A model generated the notes under the pieces. That model ran no database searches, was not told where the DNA came from, and saw only the letters and a program-made list of their open reading frames with translations. This document shows positions 48,769 to 57,542 of a stretch of DNA of 64,000 bases, piece by piece. Origin of the DNA: Verrucomicrobiia bacterium. GTDB taxonomy: Bacteria; Verrucomicrobiota; Verrucomicrobiia; Limisphaerales; UBA1319. The stretch is from NCBI GenBank assembly GCA_963664225.1, contig OY760937.1, forward strand, positions 3,712,001 through 3,776,000, read 5' to 3'. The position numbers and the translations under genes were made by a program. Numbering within the stretch: position 1 is the stretch's first letter; each line of letters opens with the position of its first letter.

Positions 48769-50730
48769 ATGATGAGCTGGAACACAAACCTAGCAGGAGA
48801 GCACCTCGCCATCGCCGCATCTACAGCCCAGCGTCTCCGGGTAATGGCAGGGCCAGGGACAGGAAAGAGTTTTGCAATGAAACGCCGCATCGCTCGGCTA
48901 ATCGAAATCGATGGCGTTGACCCAAAGCGCATACTTGCCGTCACGTTCACACGCACGGCAGCTCGAGACCTGGAAAAAGAACTTCAAGACATGGGCGTGC
49001 CGGGCTGCGAAAACATTGTGGCAGGAACAGTTCATTCGTATTGCTTCCAACTCTTGCTCCGAAACGACGTATTTGAACTGCTGAGCCGTGTCCCGCGCGG
49101 TTTGATTACATTCAACAACCGGGGGATCTACGGCTACGAAGTCGAACCGTTGCTTGCTGACCTCCAACCGCTAGGTCACTTTGGAGCAAAGCGAGACATG
49201 ACGAAGCGAATGCGCGCGTTCGAAGCAGACTGGGCGCGTTTGCAACATGAGCAGCCGGGCTGGCCGATTGATCGTCTCGATGTTCAATTTCATCATTTGC
49301 TCACTGCTTGGCTGCGTTTCCATCGCGGGATGCTGATAGGCGAGCTTGTCCCAGAGGCGTTGCGTTACCTTCGAGACAATCCTGCATGCTCCGCTCTCCA
49401 AGTATTCGACCACATCGTGGTGGATGAGTATCAAGACTTAAACCGCGCGGAGCAGGAACTCATTGATGTTCTTTCAGCCGGGAAGAAGGTTGCCATTGTC
49501 GGGGACGTGGACCAGTCCATCTACCGTTTCAGATACGCTCACCCGGAAGGCATTGAAGATTTCAGCAATCGCCACCCAAATGTTGAGGATCATGAACTCG
49601 ACGAATGCCTCCGCTGCCGTGCATTGATTGTCACGGTGTCAGACAACCTTATTCGAGGCAATTACCCAGCAGGGGCGGACCACCGGCTCGTCACACTGCA
49701 ACCACAGCCCGGTCCTGCCACGGTTCGTGTGGTTCAATGGCCAACGTTGGATTCGGAGGCGGATGGCATTGCGGCATTCATCCAGCATTTGGTAACGCAG
49801 CGCGGATTTACAGCGAAGGATATTCTGGTTCTTTCCCCGCGTCGGTTAATAGCCAACGAAATCAAACGCCGCTTGGCAGCTCCCGGATTCGGAATTGCCG
49901 CGCATAGTTTTTACAACGACAAACTGCTTGAACCCGATGCGGCTCAAGTAGCCATGACGAAGCTGCAACTCCTGTGTAATCCTGATGATCGGGTCGCTCT
50001 CCGGTACTGGCTCGGATCAGACAGCCCTACTTGGCGTCGAGGCCAGTATGTGACCTTGCGCGACTATTGCGAGGGGCACGACAGTTCACCAGCCGATGTA
50101 TTGGCTCAAGTGGCGGCAGGACAGCTTCAGTTGGCCGGCTTGGACAGACTGACCACTCGTTACCAAGAGCTGCAGGCCGAAGTGAACCGACTGAAACAAC
50201 TGAGCTTTGCTGACCTGTTTAGTGATCTCTTTCCCGCTGGCACTGTGTGGTCTGATCCGATTCGCGAATTGGTGACCGGGAAGGTTGACGCCGTTGAGGA
50301 TGCTCAAGGATTGCTTGATTTACTTCGGACAGAAATCACTCAACCAGAAATGCCAGCCGAAGGTGATTTCGTGAGGATAATGAGCCTTCACAAATCGAAG
50401 GGCTTGACTAGCCGAGTCACAATCATTGTCGGCTGCATTCACGGGCTGATTCCTTTTGTGGATAATGACCTTCCGCCAGCCGAGCGAGCTGCTCACCTTC
50501 AGGAGCAACGGCGCGTTTTCTACGTCGCACTCACTCGAGCAAAGGAAGTGTTGTTGGTGTCTTCCGTCGCAAGTATTCCCCGCGCTATGTCCCACCAGAT
50601 TGGAGCGGTGCTTCGAGGTGGTAATGCGCAACAAGGCAATACGGTCGCTTGCCAGTTTCTCCATGAACTAGGGCCGCAAGCGCCCGCGGCACTTCACGGA
50701 GCGAGTTGGAGAGCGGCAGGTTACCAATAG
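48769..50730 (+). CDS. UvrD/Rep-like SF1 helicase
   Basis: AGPGTGKS, TFTRTAA, TVHS, VDEYQD, VGDVDQSIY.FR, SLHKSKGL, RRVFYVALTRAK. Confidence 0.93.
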   Translation: MMSWNTNLAGEHLAIAASTAQRLRVMAGPGTGKSFAMKRRIARLIEIDGVDPKRILAVTFTRTAARDLEKELQDMGVPGCENIVAGTVHSYCFQLLLRNDVFELLSRVPRGLITFNNRGIYGYEVEPLLADLQPLGHFGAKRDMTKRMRAFEADWARLQHEQPGWPIDRLDVQFHHLLTAWLRFHRGMLIGELVPEALRYLRDNPACSALQVFDHIVVDEYQDLNRAEQELIDVLSAGKKVAIVGDVDQSIYRFRYAHPEGIEDFSNRHPNVEDHELDECLRCRALIVTVSDNLIRGNYPAGADHRLVTLQPQPGPATVRVVQWPTLDSEADGIAAFIQHLVTQRGFTAKDILVLSPRRLIANEIKRRLAAPGFGIAAHSFYNDKLLEPDAAQVAMTKLQLLCNPDDRVALRYWLGSDSPTWRRGQYVTLRDYCEGHDSSPADVLAQVAAGQLQLAGLDRLTTRYQELQAEVNRLKQLSFADLFSDLFPAGTVWSDPIRELVTGKVDAVEDAQGLLDLLRTEITQPEMPAEGDFVRIMSLHKSKGLTSRVTIIVGCIHGLIPFVDNDLPPAERAAHLQEQRRVFYVALTRAKEVLLVSSVASIPRAMSHQIGAVLRGGNAQQGNTVACQFLHELGPQAPAALHGASWRAAGYQ

Positions 50731-50799
50731 TCACAGCGCTTGTCTCCTTGTCGGCAGGCTAGAAATAACTTTTTGCCCGGTTTCCGTAGAGGGAGGCTA

Positions 50800-52005
50800 G
50801 TGTAGTTTTTCACATATAACTGGTGTTATATGTTCTGCGGGTTATTTTACCTGCATGCCGCGACACGCAATGACTGTCAACCTAACCGAAACTGATCGCC
50901 AAGAGCTGGAACGATGGGTGGCAGCACATCACACCCCCCAGCAAGTTTCGCAACGATGCCGTATCGTTTTGGCTGCAGCTCAAGGCCAGCAAGACAAGTT
51001 GATCGCCGACGACCTGAGCCTCAATTTCAAGACGGTGGCTTTGTGGCGGAAGCGTTTTGCGAGCGAAGGCCCTGAGAGCCTGTGGGATGTGGCCGAGGGG
51101 CGCGGACGCAAGCCCGCCTTAACTGCCGAAGATGTCGAGCAAGTGATCGCGGCGACACTCCAAACCAAGCCTGCGGGAGCCACGCACTGGAGTTGTCGCG
51201 CGATGGCCAAAGCCCGAGGCGTGAGCAAGGCTACCGTGAACCGGATCTGGCAAAGCCATCAGATCAAGCCGCATCGGACCAAAGGCTTCAAACTTTCGCG
51301 GGATCCGGAATTTCTGAGGAAGCTCACCGATGTTGTTGGCTTGTATCTGAACCCTCCCGAGAAGGCATTGGTGCTCTGTGTCGATGAAAAGAGCCAAATT
51401 CAGGCCTTGGATCGCACGCAGCCAGGATTGCCACTCAAGAAAGGTCGTTGTGGAACAATGACCCATGACTACAAGCGCAACGGCACGACGACGTTATTCG
51501 CCGCCCTGGAACTGGCGCAAGGCAAGGTCGTTGGTCAATGTTACGCACGCCATCGCCACCATGAGTTTTTGAAGTTTATGCAACGGTTGGATGCGGAGTT
51601 TCCCGGTGAGATCAAGTTGCATGTGGTCATGGATAATTATGGCACGCATAAGCACCCGCGAGTGCAGCGTTGGTTCAAACGGCATGACCGTTTCATAGCT
51701 CATTTCGTCCCAACCAGCTCGAGTTGGCTAAACCTGGTGGAACGGTGGTTTGGTGAGTTGACCGGCAAACGCATTCGCCGTGGAGTCTTTGTCAGCGTGG
51801 CGGATTTGCAGTCGGCCATCGCGGAATTCCTCGCTGCCTGGAACGACGCCCCCCAACCATTCGTGTGGACGGCGACGGTCGAGTCGATTGTCGATAAACT
51901 AAGCCGGTGCAAACATACGCTCGAGCGGATTAAACCCGGATGCACCCGTTTCAGAATGCGAAAAACAAAGGAATAATAACTCCAGTCGTTTGTGAGACAC
52001 TACAC
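50800..52005 (+). mobile_element. IS630-family insertion sequence
   Basis: Imperfect terminal IRs GTGTAGTTTTTCACATATAACTGG / GTGTAGTGTCTCACAAACGACTGG; TA duplicated at 50798-99 and 52006-07 (CTAG target). Confidence 0.92.
50855..51976 (+). CDS. IS630 transposase
   Basis: HTH N-terminus; CVDEKSQIQAL, THDYKRNGTT, MDNYGTH, SSWLNLVERWF. Confidence 0.95.
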   Translation: MPRHAMTVNLTETDRQELERWVAAHHTPQQVSQRCRIVLAAAQGQQDKLIADDLSLNFKTVALWRKRFASEGPESLWDVAEGRGRKPALTAEDVEQVIAATLQTKPAGATHWSCRAMAKARGVSKATVNRIWQSHQIKPHRTKGFKLSRDPEFLRKLTDVVGLYLNPPEKALVLCVDEKSQIQALDRTQPGLPLKKGRCGTMTHDYKRNGTTTLFAALELAQGKVVGQCYARHRHHEFLKFMQRLDAEFPGEIKLHVVMDNYGTHKHPRVQRWFKRHDRFIAHFVPTSSSWLNLVERWFGELTGKRIRRGVFVSVADLQSAIAEFLAAWNDAPQPFVWTATVESIVDKLSRCKHTLERIKPGCTRFRMRKTKE

Positions 52006-52006
52006 T

Positions 52007-52427
52007 AGGAAGAGGTTCTCGTAGTCCTGAACGGTATCGTTCTTCTTCTGTGGATCGAAATGATCCACTTCCATGCAAGTTAAGCCGCCGGCGTAGCGCA
52101 AGTGCTGCATCGAGTAAGCACAGCGGTCCTGGAAATCGCGTCGTAGCGCGGGCAGGGCTTTTTCCCGGTAATTCCGAGGCGTCAGAACGCAATCAGGCGC
52201 CGGGCCTCGGGGAATTCGTGGAGGTGAAACCTTTGACATAGTCTTCTAAAGCGCCGAGGACTTTCCTTAAAGAGGCGAGCCGCTGGTCTTGTAGGGCGGC
52301 TTCATCGACTGGCATCGGCGATAAGGTCTTCCGACGCGAGTCGGCCAACTGGTCGAGCTCATCGCGTCCCGAGCGAGAAATTCTGCCGGTCGCTTCCAGT
52401 CGCACCAACTCACGGAAACGCTGCTCC
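52007..52427. repeat. 421-bp direct repeat, copy 1 (matches 53580-54000)
   Basis: Appears identical on base-by-base reading at offset 1573. Contains the 5' part of the HNH gene and the 3' part of its upstream gene. Confidence 0.92.
52008..52239 (-). pseudogene. Duplicate HNH gene interrupted by IS630
   Basis: First ~77 codons are identical to 53222..53812, then IS630 is inserted. Confidence 0.85.
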
Positions 52428-53200
52428 TCCAACATCGCCAGCTTGGCGGTCAACAATTTGTGATCCGCCTCCAGAGATGCCATGCGGTTCCAATTGGCCT
52501 CCGCATTGGCGCGGGCTTCTTTGGGCAGATACTGGAACCAGTCAGGCTTCATCGTTATACGTTATATAAAAACAACAACACGTAAAAAGGTCAATAAGAA
52601 AAAACGTTCATGATTATTTTGTCATTCTTTTCTATCCCCGGCAGGTTCCCTGCGCCACCTGTCCTTGCGCTAGGTCTAGGTCAGATCAATTCCACCACCC
52701 AAAAGCAATGCCAACTCTTGGCTCCTCAGGATCACATCCCGTGAACCCCTGGCACAGGTTTGTGGCGCCCGTAGCCAGATAAATCAGGGTTGCGGCCCTA
52801 TGGTTGAACATGGGGGAAGGAGGGACAGGTGTTGACGGACTTTCGCCGGATCAAAGCCATGAGCCAGTTCCAGGCACAAAGCGCCCAGCTAGCACAGTTG
52901 GTAAGGCGGGGATCCGAACGGGAGTGGCGTCCGCAAGGGCACAAACTCCACGTTCGGTGGAGAGGAATTAGGCGGGGAAATATGCCGCGCCCTCCGCAGC
53001 CACAAGGTGAAGGTTGAAAAACACAGGCCCATCCGTTGGGCATACTGGCGCTGCGTTAAGCCGCTACGCTGATATTCATCGAATCGCACCAGCTCATCCG
53101 GCGCATAACCGCGAAGTCTTCGCGAAGAAAGTAATCTTTTACGCCCCCACCAAGCTCCGTGAATCCAATGATGCGGTTCTTTGGTTTTGATGTGTTTCAC
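52428..53200 (-). pseudogene. Decayed IS66-family element (tnpA, internally deleted tnpB, 5' stub of tnpC)
   Basis: TnpA-like YQRSGLTQRQYA..MGL..STF..WLRR. TnpB-like IYLATGATNL..GF.G and ELALLLG.GIDL with stops. TnpC-like coiled-coil start at 52552. Confidence 0.7.
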
Positions 53201-53221
53201 GGCAACAAGGAGGCGCGCCGC

Positions 53222-53812
53222 CTAAGGAGGAGGAATGGGTGGAATCATGAAATCTGTCGCCTTGGCAAAAATTGCAAACAACTCGGCAGGAAGACTGACA
53301 TTCGTGGACCTCGCTATGCTTTTCAGCTCGGCCAAGTATGCCAGAATGGCAGCCCGGAGCTTTCGCTCTTCTACGAGGTGTGGTGCGTTCAGGTCACAGA
53401 TTCGAATCTGGGTCCTGCCAGGCGGCGTCGCTCCAACCAATTCGGCTGTCGAGGCATCTTCAAAAATGTGTTCGCCATAGTCCGCCTCTTCGCAGAGGTT
53501 GAGTAACCGCATGTCTTGGCTGGCCTCCTCATCCGTTGACCAGAACATTCCTTTGGCCCGGTTGCAGTGGCGGGAGGCCAGGAAGAGGTTCTCGTAGTCC
53601 TGAACGGTATCGTTCTTCTTCTGTGGATCGAAATGATCCACTTCCATGCAAGTTAAGCCGCCGGCGTAGCGCAAGTGCTGCATCGAGTAAGCACAGCGGT
53701 CCTGGAAATCGCGTCGTAGCGCGGGCAGGGCTTTTTCCCGGTAATTCCGAGGCGTCAGAACGCAATCAGGCGCCGGGCCTCGGGGAATTCGTGGAGGTGA
53801 AACCTTTGACAT
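53222..53812 (-). CDS. HNH endonuclease family protein
   Basis: LRRDFQDRCAYS, EVDHFDP, YENLFLASRHCNRAK, LLN.C.E, TQI.ICDLN. Zn-binding Cys pairs partly substituted. Confidence 0.82.
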   Translation of the reverse strand: MSKVSPPRIPRGPAPDCVLTPRNYREKALPALRRDFQDRCAYSMQHLRYAGGLTCMEVDHFDPQKKNDTVQDYENLFLASRHCNRAKGMFWSTDEEASQDMRLLNLCEEADYGEHIFEDASTAELVGATPPGRTQIRICDLNAPHLVEERKLRAAILAYLAELKSIARSTNVSLPAELFAIFAKATDFMIPPIPPP

Positions 53813-54000
53813 AGTCTTCTAAAGCGCCGAGGACTTTCCTTAAAGAGGCGAGCCGCTGGTCTTGTAGGGCGGCTTCATCGACTGGCATCGGCGATAAGGT
53901 CTTCCGACGCGAGTCGGCCAACTGGTCGAGCTCATCGCGTCCCGAGCGAGAAATTCTGCCGGTCGCTTCCAGTCGCACCAACTCACGGAAACGCTGCTCC
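53580..54000. repeat. 421-bp direct repeat, copy 2 (within intact genes)
   Basis: Matches 52007-52427. Confidence 0.92.
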
Positions 54001-54482
54001 GAAATTTCATCCCATGCCACAGCCGGTGCAGTAGACAGGATGGTGGGGGCATTAGCTCTTTCCGTTTCCTCGCAAAGAGCAAGCCAATCAGCGGGTGGCC
54101 GACTATGCAAATAATCGAAGGCGGCATCTGCAGCATTGGCAATGTCAGGGTCGCAATAGCCGAGAAATGGGACCAGAGCAATACAGTGACCACGCCCCGC
54201 CAGACGGTGAGCCTTCAGTGCATGAATCTGAGTGATTATCGTTCCCTTAACTTGTGGGTCTACGCTCGGCTGAGGCGAAACGCGATCACCGACCTGACAA
54301 TGAGTTTGGATCAAATTCAACTCAAGATATTCAACGTAATCCTCGATCACAGCCGAGTGGCTCTGTTTGCGGTTTCTTGGCATCTGCTGCCAGAGTGCGC
54401 CCGCGGCTACGTTAACGGTATCGACGAGCCGTCGTATGGTTTCCCAGAAATCTGGAGCCAGAGCTATCTGTGTAGTGGGCAT
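53766..54482 (-). CDS. Hypothetical helical protein between the receiver and HNH genes
   Basis: About 238 aa. Starts 14 nt after the receiver stop and overlaps the HNH start. Confidence 0.65.
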   Translation of the reverse strand: MPTTQIALAPDFWETIRRLVDTVNVAAGALWQQMPRNRKQSHSAVIEDYVEYLELNLIQTHCQVGDRVSPQPSVDPQVKGTIITQIHALKAHRLAGRGHCIALVPFLGYCDPDIANAADAAFDYLHSRPPADWLALCEETERANAPTILSTAPAVAWDEISEQRFRELVRLEATGRISRSGRDELDQLADSRRKTLSPMPVDEAALQDQRLASLRKVLGALEDYVKGFTSTNSPRPGA

Positions 54483-54495
54483 AGAATGGTCCTCG

Positions 54496-54903
54496 CTATG
54501 CCCCGAGCATCTTCTTAACAAAATCCGCAAAAGCAAAAGGTGAAACCTCAAACTTCGCCTTACACAGGGTTCCCTGAGGCAACACCTGAACCACTTCGGG
54601 GTCGTTGTAGTTCGTCAAAGCCACTAATGGCACACCAGGGAATTTCTTGCGGATAGCTTGGCTGATGAACACACCAGAGCGAAGCCCGCCGTCGGTTTCT
54701 TCCAGCGTTAGACGAGAGCCCGGCGGCATCATCATGTCCAGAACGATGATGTTTGGAGGTTGTGATGTGGCATCGTCAAGCCACTTGAAGGTTTCGTCCG
54801 TGGAATCAATCTGTCTGACCTCCAAGCCGCGAATTTGTAAGGCCTCAATGTAATAATCCATCGGACCGTGGTCGTCATCGATGAGAATAGCGGTGAACTT
54901 CAT
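54496..54903 (-). CDS. Stand-alone response regulator receiver
   Basis: LIDDD, VLDMMMP, LTN, K..VSP. ATGA overlap with the kinase stop. Confidence 0.88.
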   Translation of the reverse strand: MKFTAILIDDDHGPMDYYIEALQIRGLEVRQIDSTDETFKWLDDATSQPPNIIVLDMMMPPGSRLTLEETDGGLRSGVFISQAIRKKFPGVPLVALTNYNDPEVVQVLPQGTLCKAKFEVSPFAFADFVKKMLGA

Positions 54904-57542
54904 AATTGTTGCAAACGATTCATTTTCGGAGACATATGACGTAACGCGCCGGGCAGGCGTATCGTCACCCGGGTAGGCTCTCGCGGGGATGAGAATTCGA
55001 CGGTCCCGCAATGCACACTGATAACCGCCTTGACGATTGCCAGCCCGATTCCCATACCGGCGACGTCGCGGTGCTGAGAACTAAGCTTCCCGCGAACACC
55101 TGCGAGGAACATGGTTTCGCCCTTTTCATCGCCTTTGTCCAAGCCGATGCCCCAATCCTCGACTTCGATGACATAGGAAGTCGGGTTCTTGGGCTCGCCT
55201 TCCACACCCACTCTGACATCCACTCGGAAGGAGTCCGCGCCGTCGTTGTATTTGATCGCGTTGACGAGGAGGTTGAAGAAGACCTGTTGGAACATCAGAC
55301 GGTCCACTTCAAGCCAGGGAATCACCCCCTGAAACTGGGCAATGTGGATTCGGTCATCGGGCAGGCGATGCTTCTTTAGCAAGGCCTTAAGCTGATTCCG
55401 CACTGGAATCAAAACCCTGGTTGCCAGATCGGTGCGCTCGAACTTCGGCTTCAACTCGTCTATGATGGCCCCAAAGAGGTTCACGTTGTCCACAAGGCGA
55501 CTCATCAACGCCTGATATGAAAAGATGTCGTCAATGTAGTCGGCACCGAACTCGCTTTTGAGATCCGTAATGCGGCGCTCTTTCAGACGTTCCCGGAGGA
55601 AGTCAGCCGCTCCCGTGATTCCAACGAGCGGATTCTGCAATTCGTGGGCGAGGCGAGTCAAAGCGAATGACTGCCGTCGTTGGTTGATGAGCAGGTCCAA
55701 ATGAGGAAGCGCTGTCTGAATGATCGCATCGAGTCTTGCTGCGTCGTCATCCGTAAACGCGGTCGAGGTATGCCCCACTCCTCTTGAAATCCTGTTGTGA
55801 AGCCGAACAACGCCAATGAGATTACCGCCTCGTCGAGCCAGCGGAGCCGCAAGGCACTCTCGCCGATCGAGCGTCGTCAATTCAAATGACCTTCCCTTGT
55901 GCGCCTCGTTAGAAAACTGCATTTCACGCTCCTTCCAAGTGCGACCCGTCATACCTTCCCCTTCAAGATAGTAGTGCTCGCTTTCAGGAACGTCCTTGTC
56001 CCATTCGATTCGGCTTCTGGCTTCGCCTACGGGTTCGAGTCGGGTCTGGGATTCATCCACGAGCCAGATTGTCGCCTTTTCACAATGGAATAGTCGCTCG
56101 AGGTGGTGCATGAGGGCATTCACGAAAGGGACGACCCCGTTTCTGACTTCTCCACACAGATGGGCCGTGGCCCCTGCCGACGCAGAGCACATCTCGTCAG
56201 TCAGGTAATCTGCCCAAACCGAGATCAGATCGGCATAATGTTCAGCCCAGCGACATTCGTCCTCCGCCATCTCGCCATGCCGCACTGGAAGCTCCCTCTC
56301 GACGAAGACATTCAGAATATAGCGGATGTGATGAGCGTTGGAAGAATTGAAGACGGGTACGGTTATCATCCAGCGCGACTTGAGTTTCCTGAGCAGCTCC
56401 TGGTCGTCAAATTGGGATTGGATACCCTTATCGGATAGGTCGTGACACAACACCCTAGAGCTCTCGACGACACTTCCGGTAAGAGAATTCTTCCGATCGT
56501 ATCTTACCTTGAATGCTTGCGGGAGGTACTCAGCGAGCGAGGCAGCGAGCATGTAGAGCTCATCGGTAAAAGGGTTGTAGCTCCACAGCATGACCGCTTC
56601 CGCTTCGAAAGCACTTCGGAGTAGACGGACGGCCAAGGGGTAAAACACATCAGGACCACGAACGGGTGCTGAGGCAAACTGGCGGGCCATTTGGACCTCT
56701 TGTAGCATTTGGCCGGCAGAGGCTTGGAACAGACTACGGTGGCGTTTCTTCTCCAACTCGGCAACTTGCTCGGCCTTCGGGGAGAAAGCTCGAAAATACT
56801 TCCCAGCCCACTTGGTCGCCCAAAATGCGCAGGTGAATGCAGCATGTTCTCTAGAAACTTCAAAGTGATCTTGTTCCAAAATCACCCAGCCATTGAAACC
56901 GATCTTGTGGAGTGTTTCCATCACCTTCTCAACGGGTACGATCCCCTCGCCGGGTGGGCAAAATCCGTGCGCGTAGCGGTGGGACCATCGCCCATAATCC
57001 GGTTTCCAGTCTTTGATATGTACGGCGGCCAGGAGGCCGAGAGCCTGATATTTTTTGACGGCTGCCACAGGATCATCTTCGGCCACGATGGCGTGGGCTG
57101 TGTCGATGATCACCTTTAAATTATGAGAGGACACCTTTTCCAGACGAGCGTCGACGTGTTTCAACTTGCGCACTGGCATAAACCAGTGCGGATGGAGAGC
57201 GAGTGTGAACGGGTTCGGAGGCTCCAATGCTTGGTCACACGCGTCCGTCCAAGAATCAATGTAAAGGTACGCGGAGCGGTCATTTCCGCAAAACGCCATC
57301 CGTTCCTCCAATGTCCCGCCAACTAGGCCTATCAATTCGAGACCATGTGCGTGAAGGCGCTCCTTGAGGCTTTGTAGGGTGCCGACGGGCCGGGCAGTCC
57401 CGTTCTCCCGCACGTAGATGTCACGGTGGTTCTGACCGAACTCCACGCCCTCATACCCGCAGGCCGCGACGACCGCCAGTAGGCCGTCGAGATCGTCGAT
57501 CCGACGTCCCCAGACTACGGTTTGGAAACCAAGTCGCATCAT
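54900..57542 (-). CDS. Xylose-isomerase-like TIM barrel (IolE / AP_endonuc_2) + 2 GAF-like + histidine kinase fusion
   Basis: GYEGVE, LHPH, IDTAH, VHIKD, GEG, ILEQD; two GAF-like segments (ITVPVF; LAAPL...IGVVRLHN...FTDDD); HELQNPL, NLLVNAIKY, DWGIG, GMGIGL. Confidence 0.85.
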   Translation of the reverse strand: MMRLGFQTVVWGRRIDDLDGLLAVVAACGYEGVEFGQNHRDIYVRENGTARPVGTLQSLKERLHAHGLELIGLVGGTLEERMAFCGNDRSAYLYIDSWTDACDQALEPPNPFTLALHPHWFMPVRKLKHVDARLEKVSSHNLKVIIDTAHAIVAEDDPVAAVKKYQALGLLAAVHIKDWKPDYGRWSHRYAHGFCPPGEGIVPVEKVMETLHKIGFNGWVILEQDHFEVSREHAAFTCAFWATKWAGKYFRAFSPKAEQVAELEKKRHRSLFQASAGQMLQEVQMARQFASAPVRGPDVFYPLAVRLLRSAFEAEAVMLWSYNPFTDELYMLAASLAEYLPQAFKVRYDRKNSLTGSVVESSRVLCHDLSDKGIQSQFDDQELLRKLKSRWMITVPVFNSSNAHHIRYILNVFVERELPVRHGEMAEDECRWAEHYADLISVWADYLTDEMCSASAGATAHLCGEVRNGVVPFVNALMHHLERLFHCEKATIWLVDESQTRLEPVGEARSRIEWDKDVPESEHYYLEGEGMTGRTWKEREMQFSNEAHKGRSFELTTLDRRECLAAPLARRGGNLIGVVRLHNRISRGVGHTSTAFTDDDAARLDAIIQTALPHLDLLINQRRQSFALTRLAHELQNPLVGITGAADFLRERLKERRITDLKSEFGADYIDDIFSYQALMSRLVDNVNLFGAIIDELKPKFERTDLATRVLIPVRNQLKALLKKHRLPDDRIHIAQFQGVIPWLEVDRLMFQQVFFNLLVNAIKYNDGADSFRVDVRVGVEGEPKNPTSYVIEVEDWGIGLDKGDEKGETMFLAGVRGKLSSQHRDVAGMGIGLAIVKAVISVHCGTVEFSSPREPTRVTIRLPGALRHMSPKMNRLQQL

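Noticed and set aside
48769..50730. Calling operon A Gabija, or the helicase a housekeeping UvrD/PcrA
   Set aside because: No OLD-family ATPase/TOPRIM (GajA) gene is adjacent. The helicase is on an island, coupled to a kinase-receiver pair, and has a divergent motif IV (CLRC).
50812..50833. Palindrome ACATATAA-CTGGTG-TTATATGT as a second dif-like site
   Set aside because: It overlaps the IS630 left inverted repeat and is more simply part of the IS end.
52007..54000. Direct repeat pair as a DGR template/variable repeat
   Set aside because: The copies show no adenine-specific differences and no reverse transcriptase is in the window.
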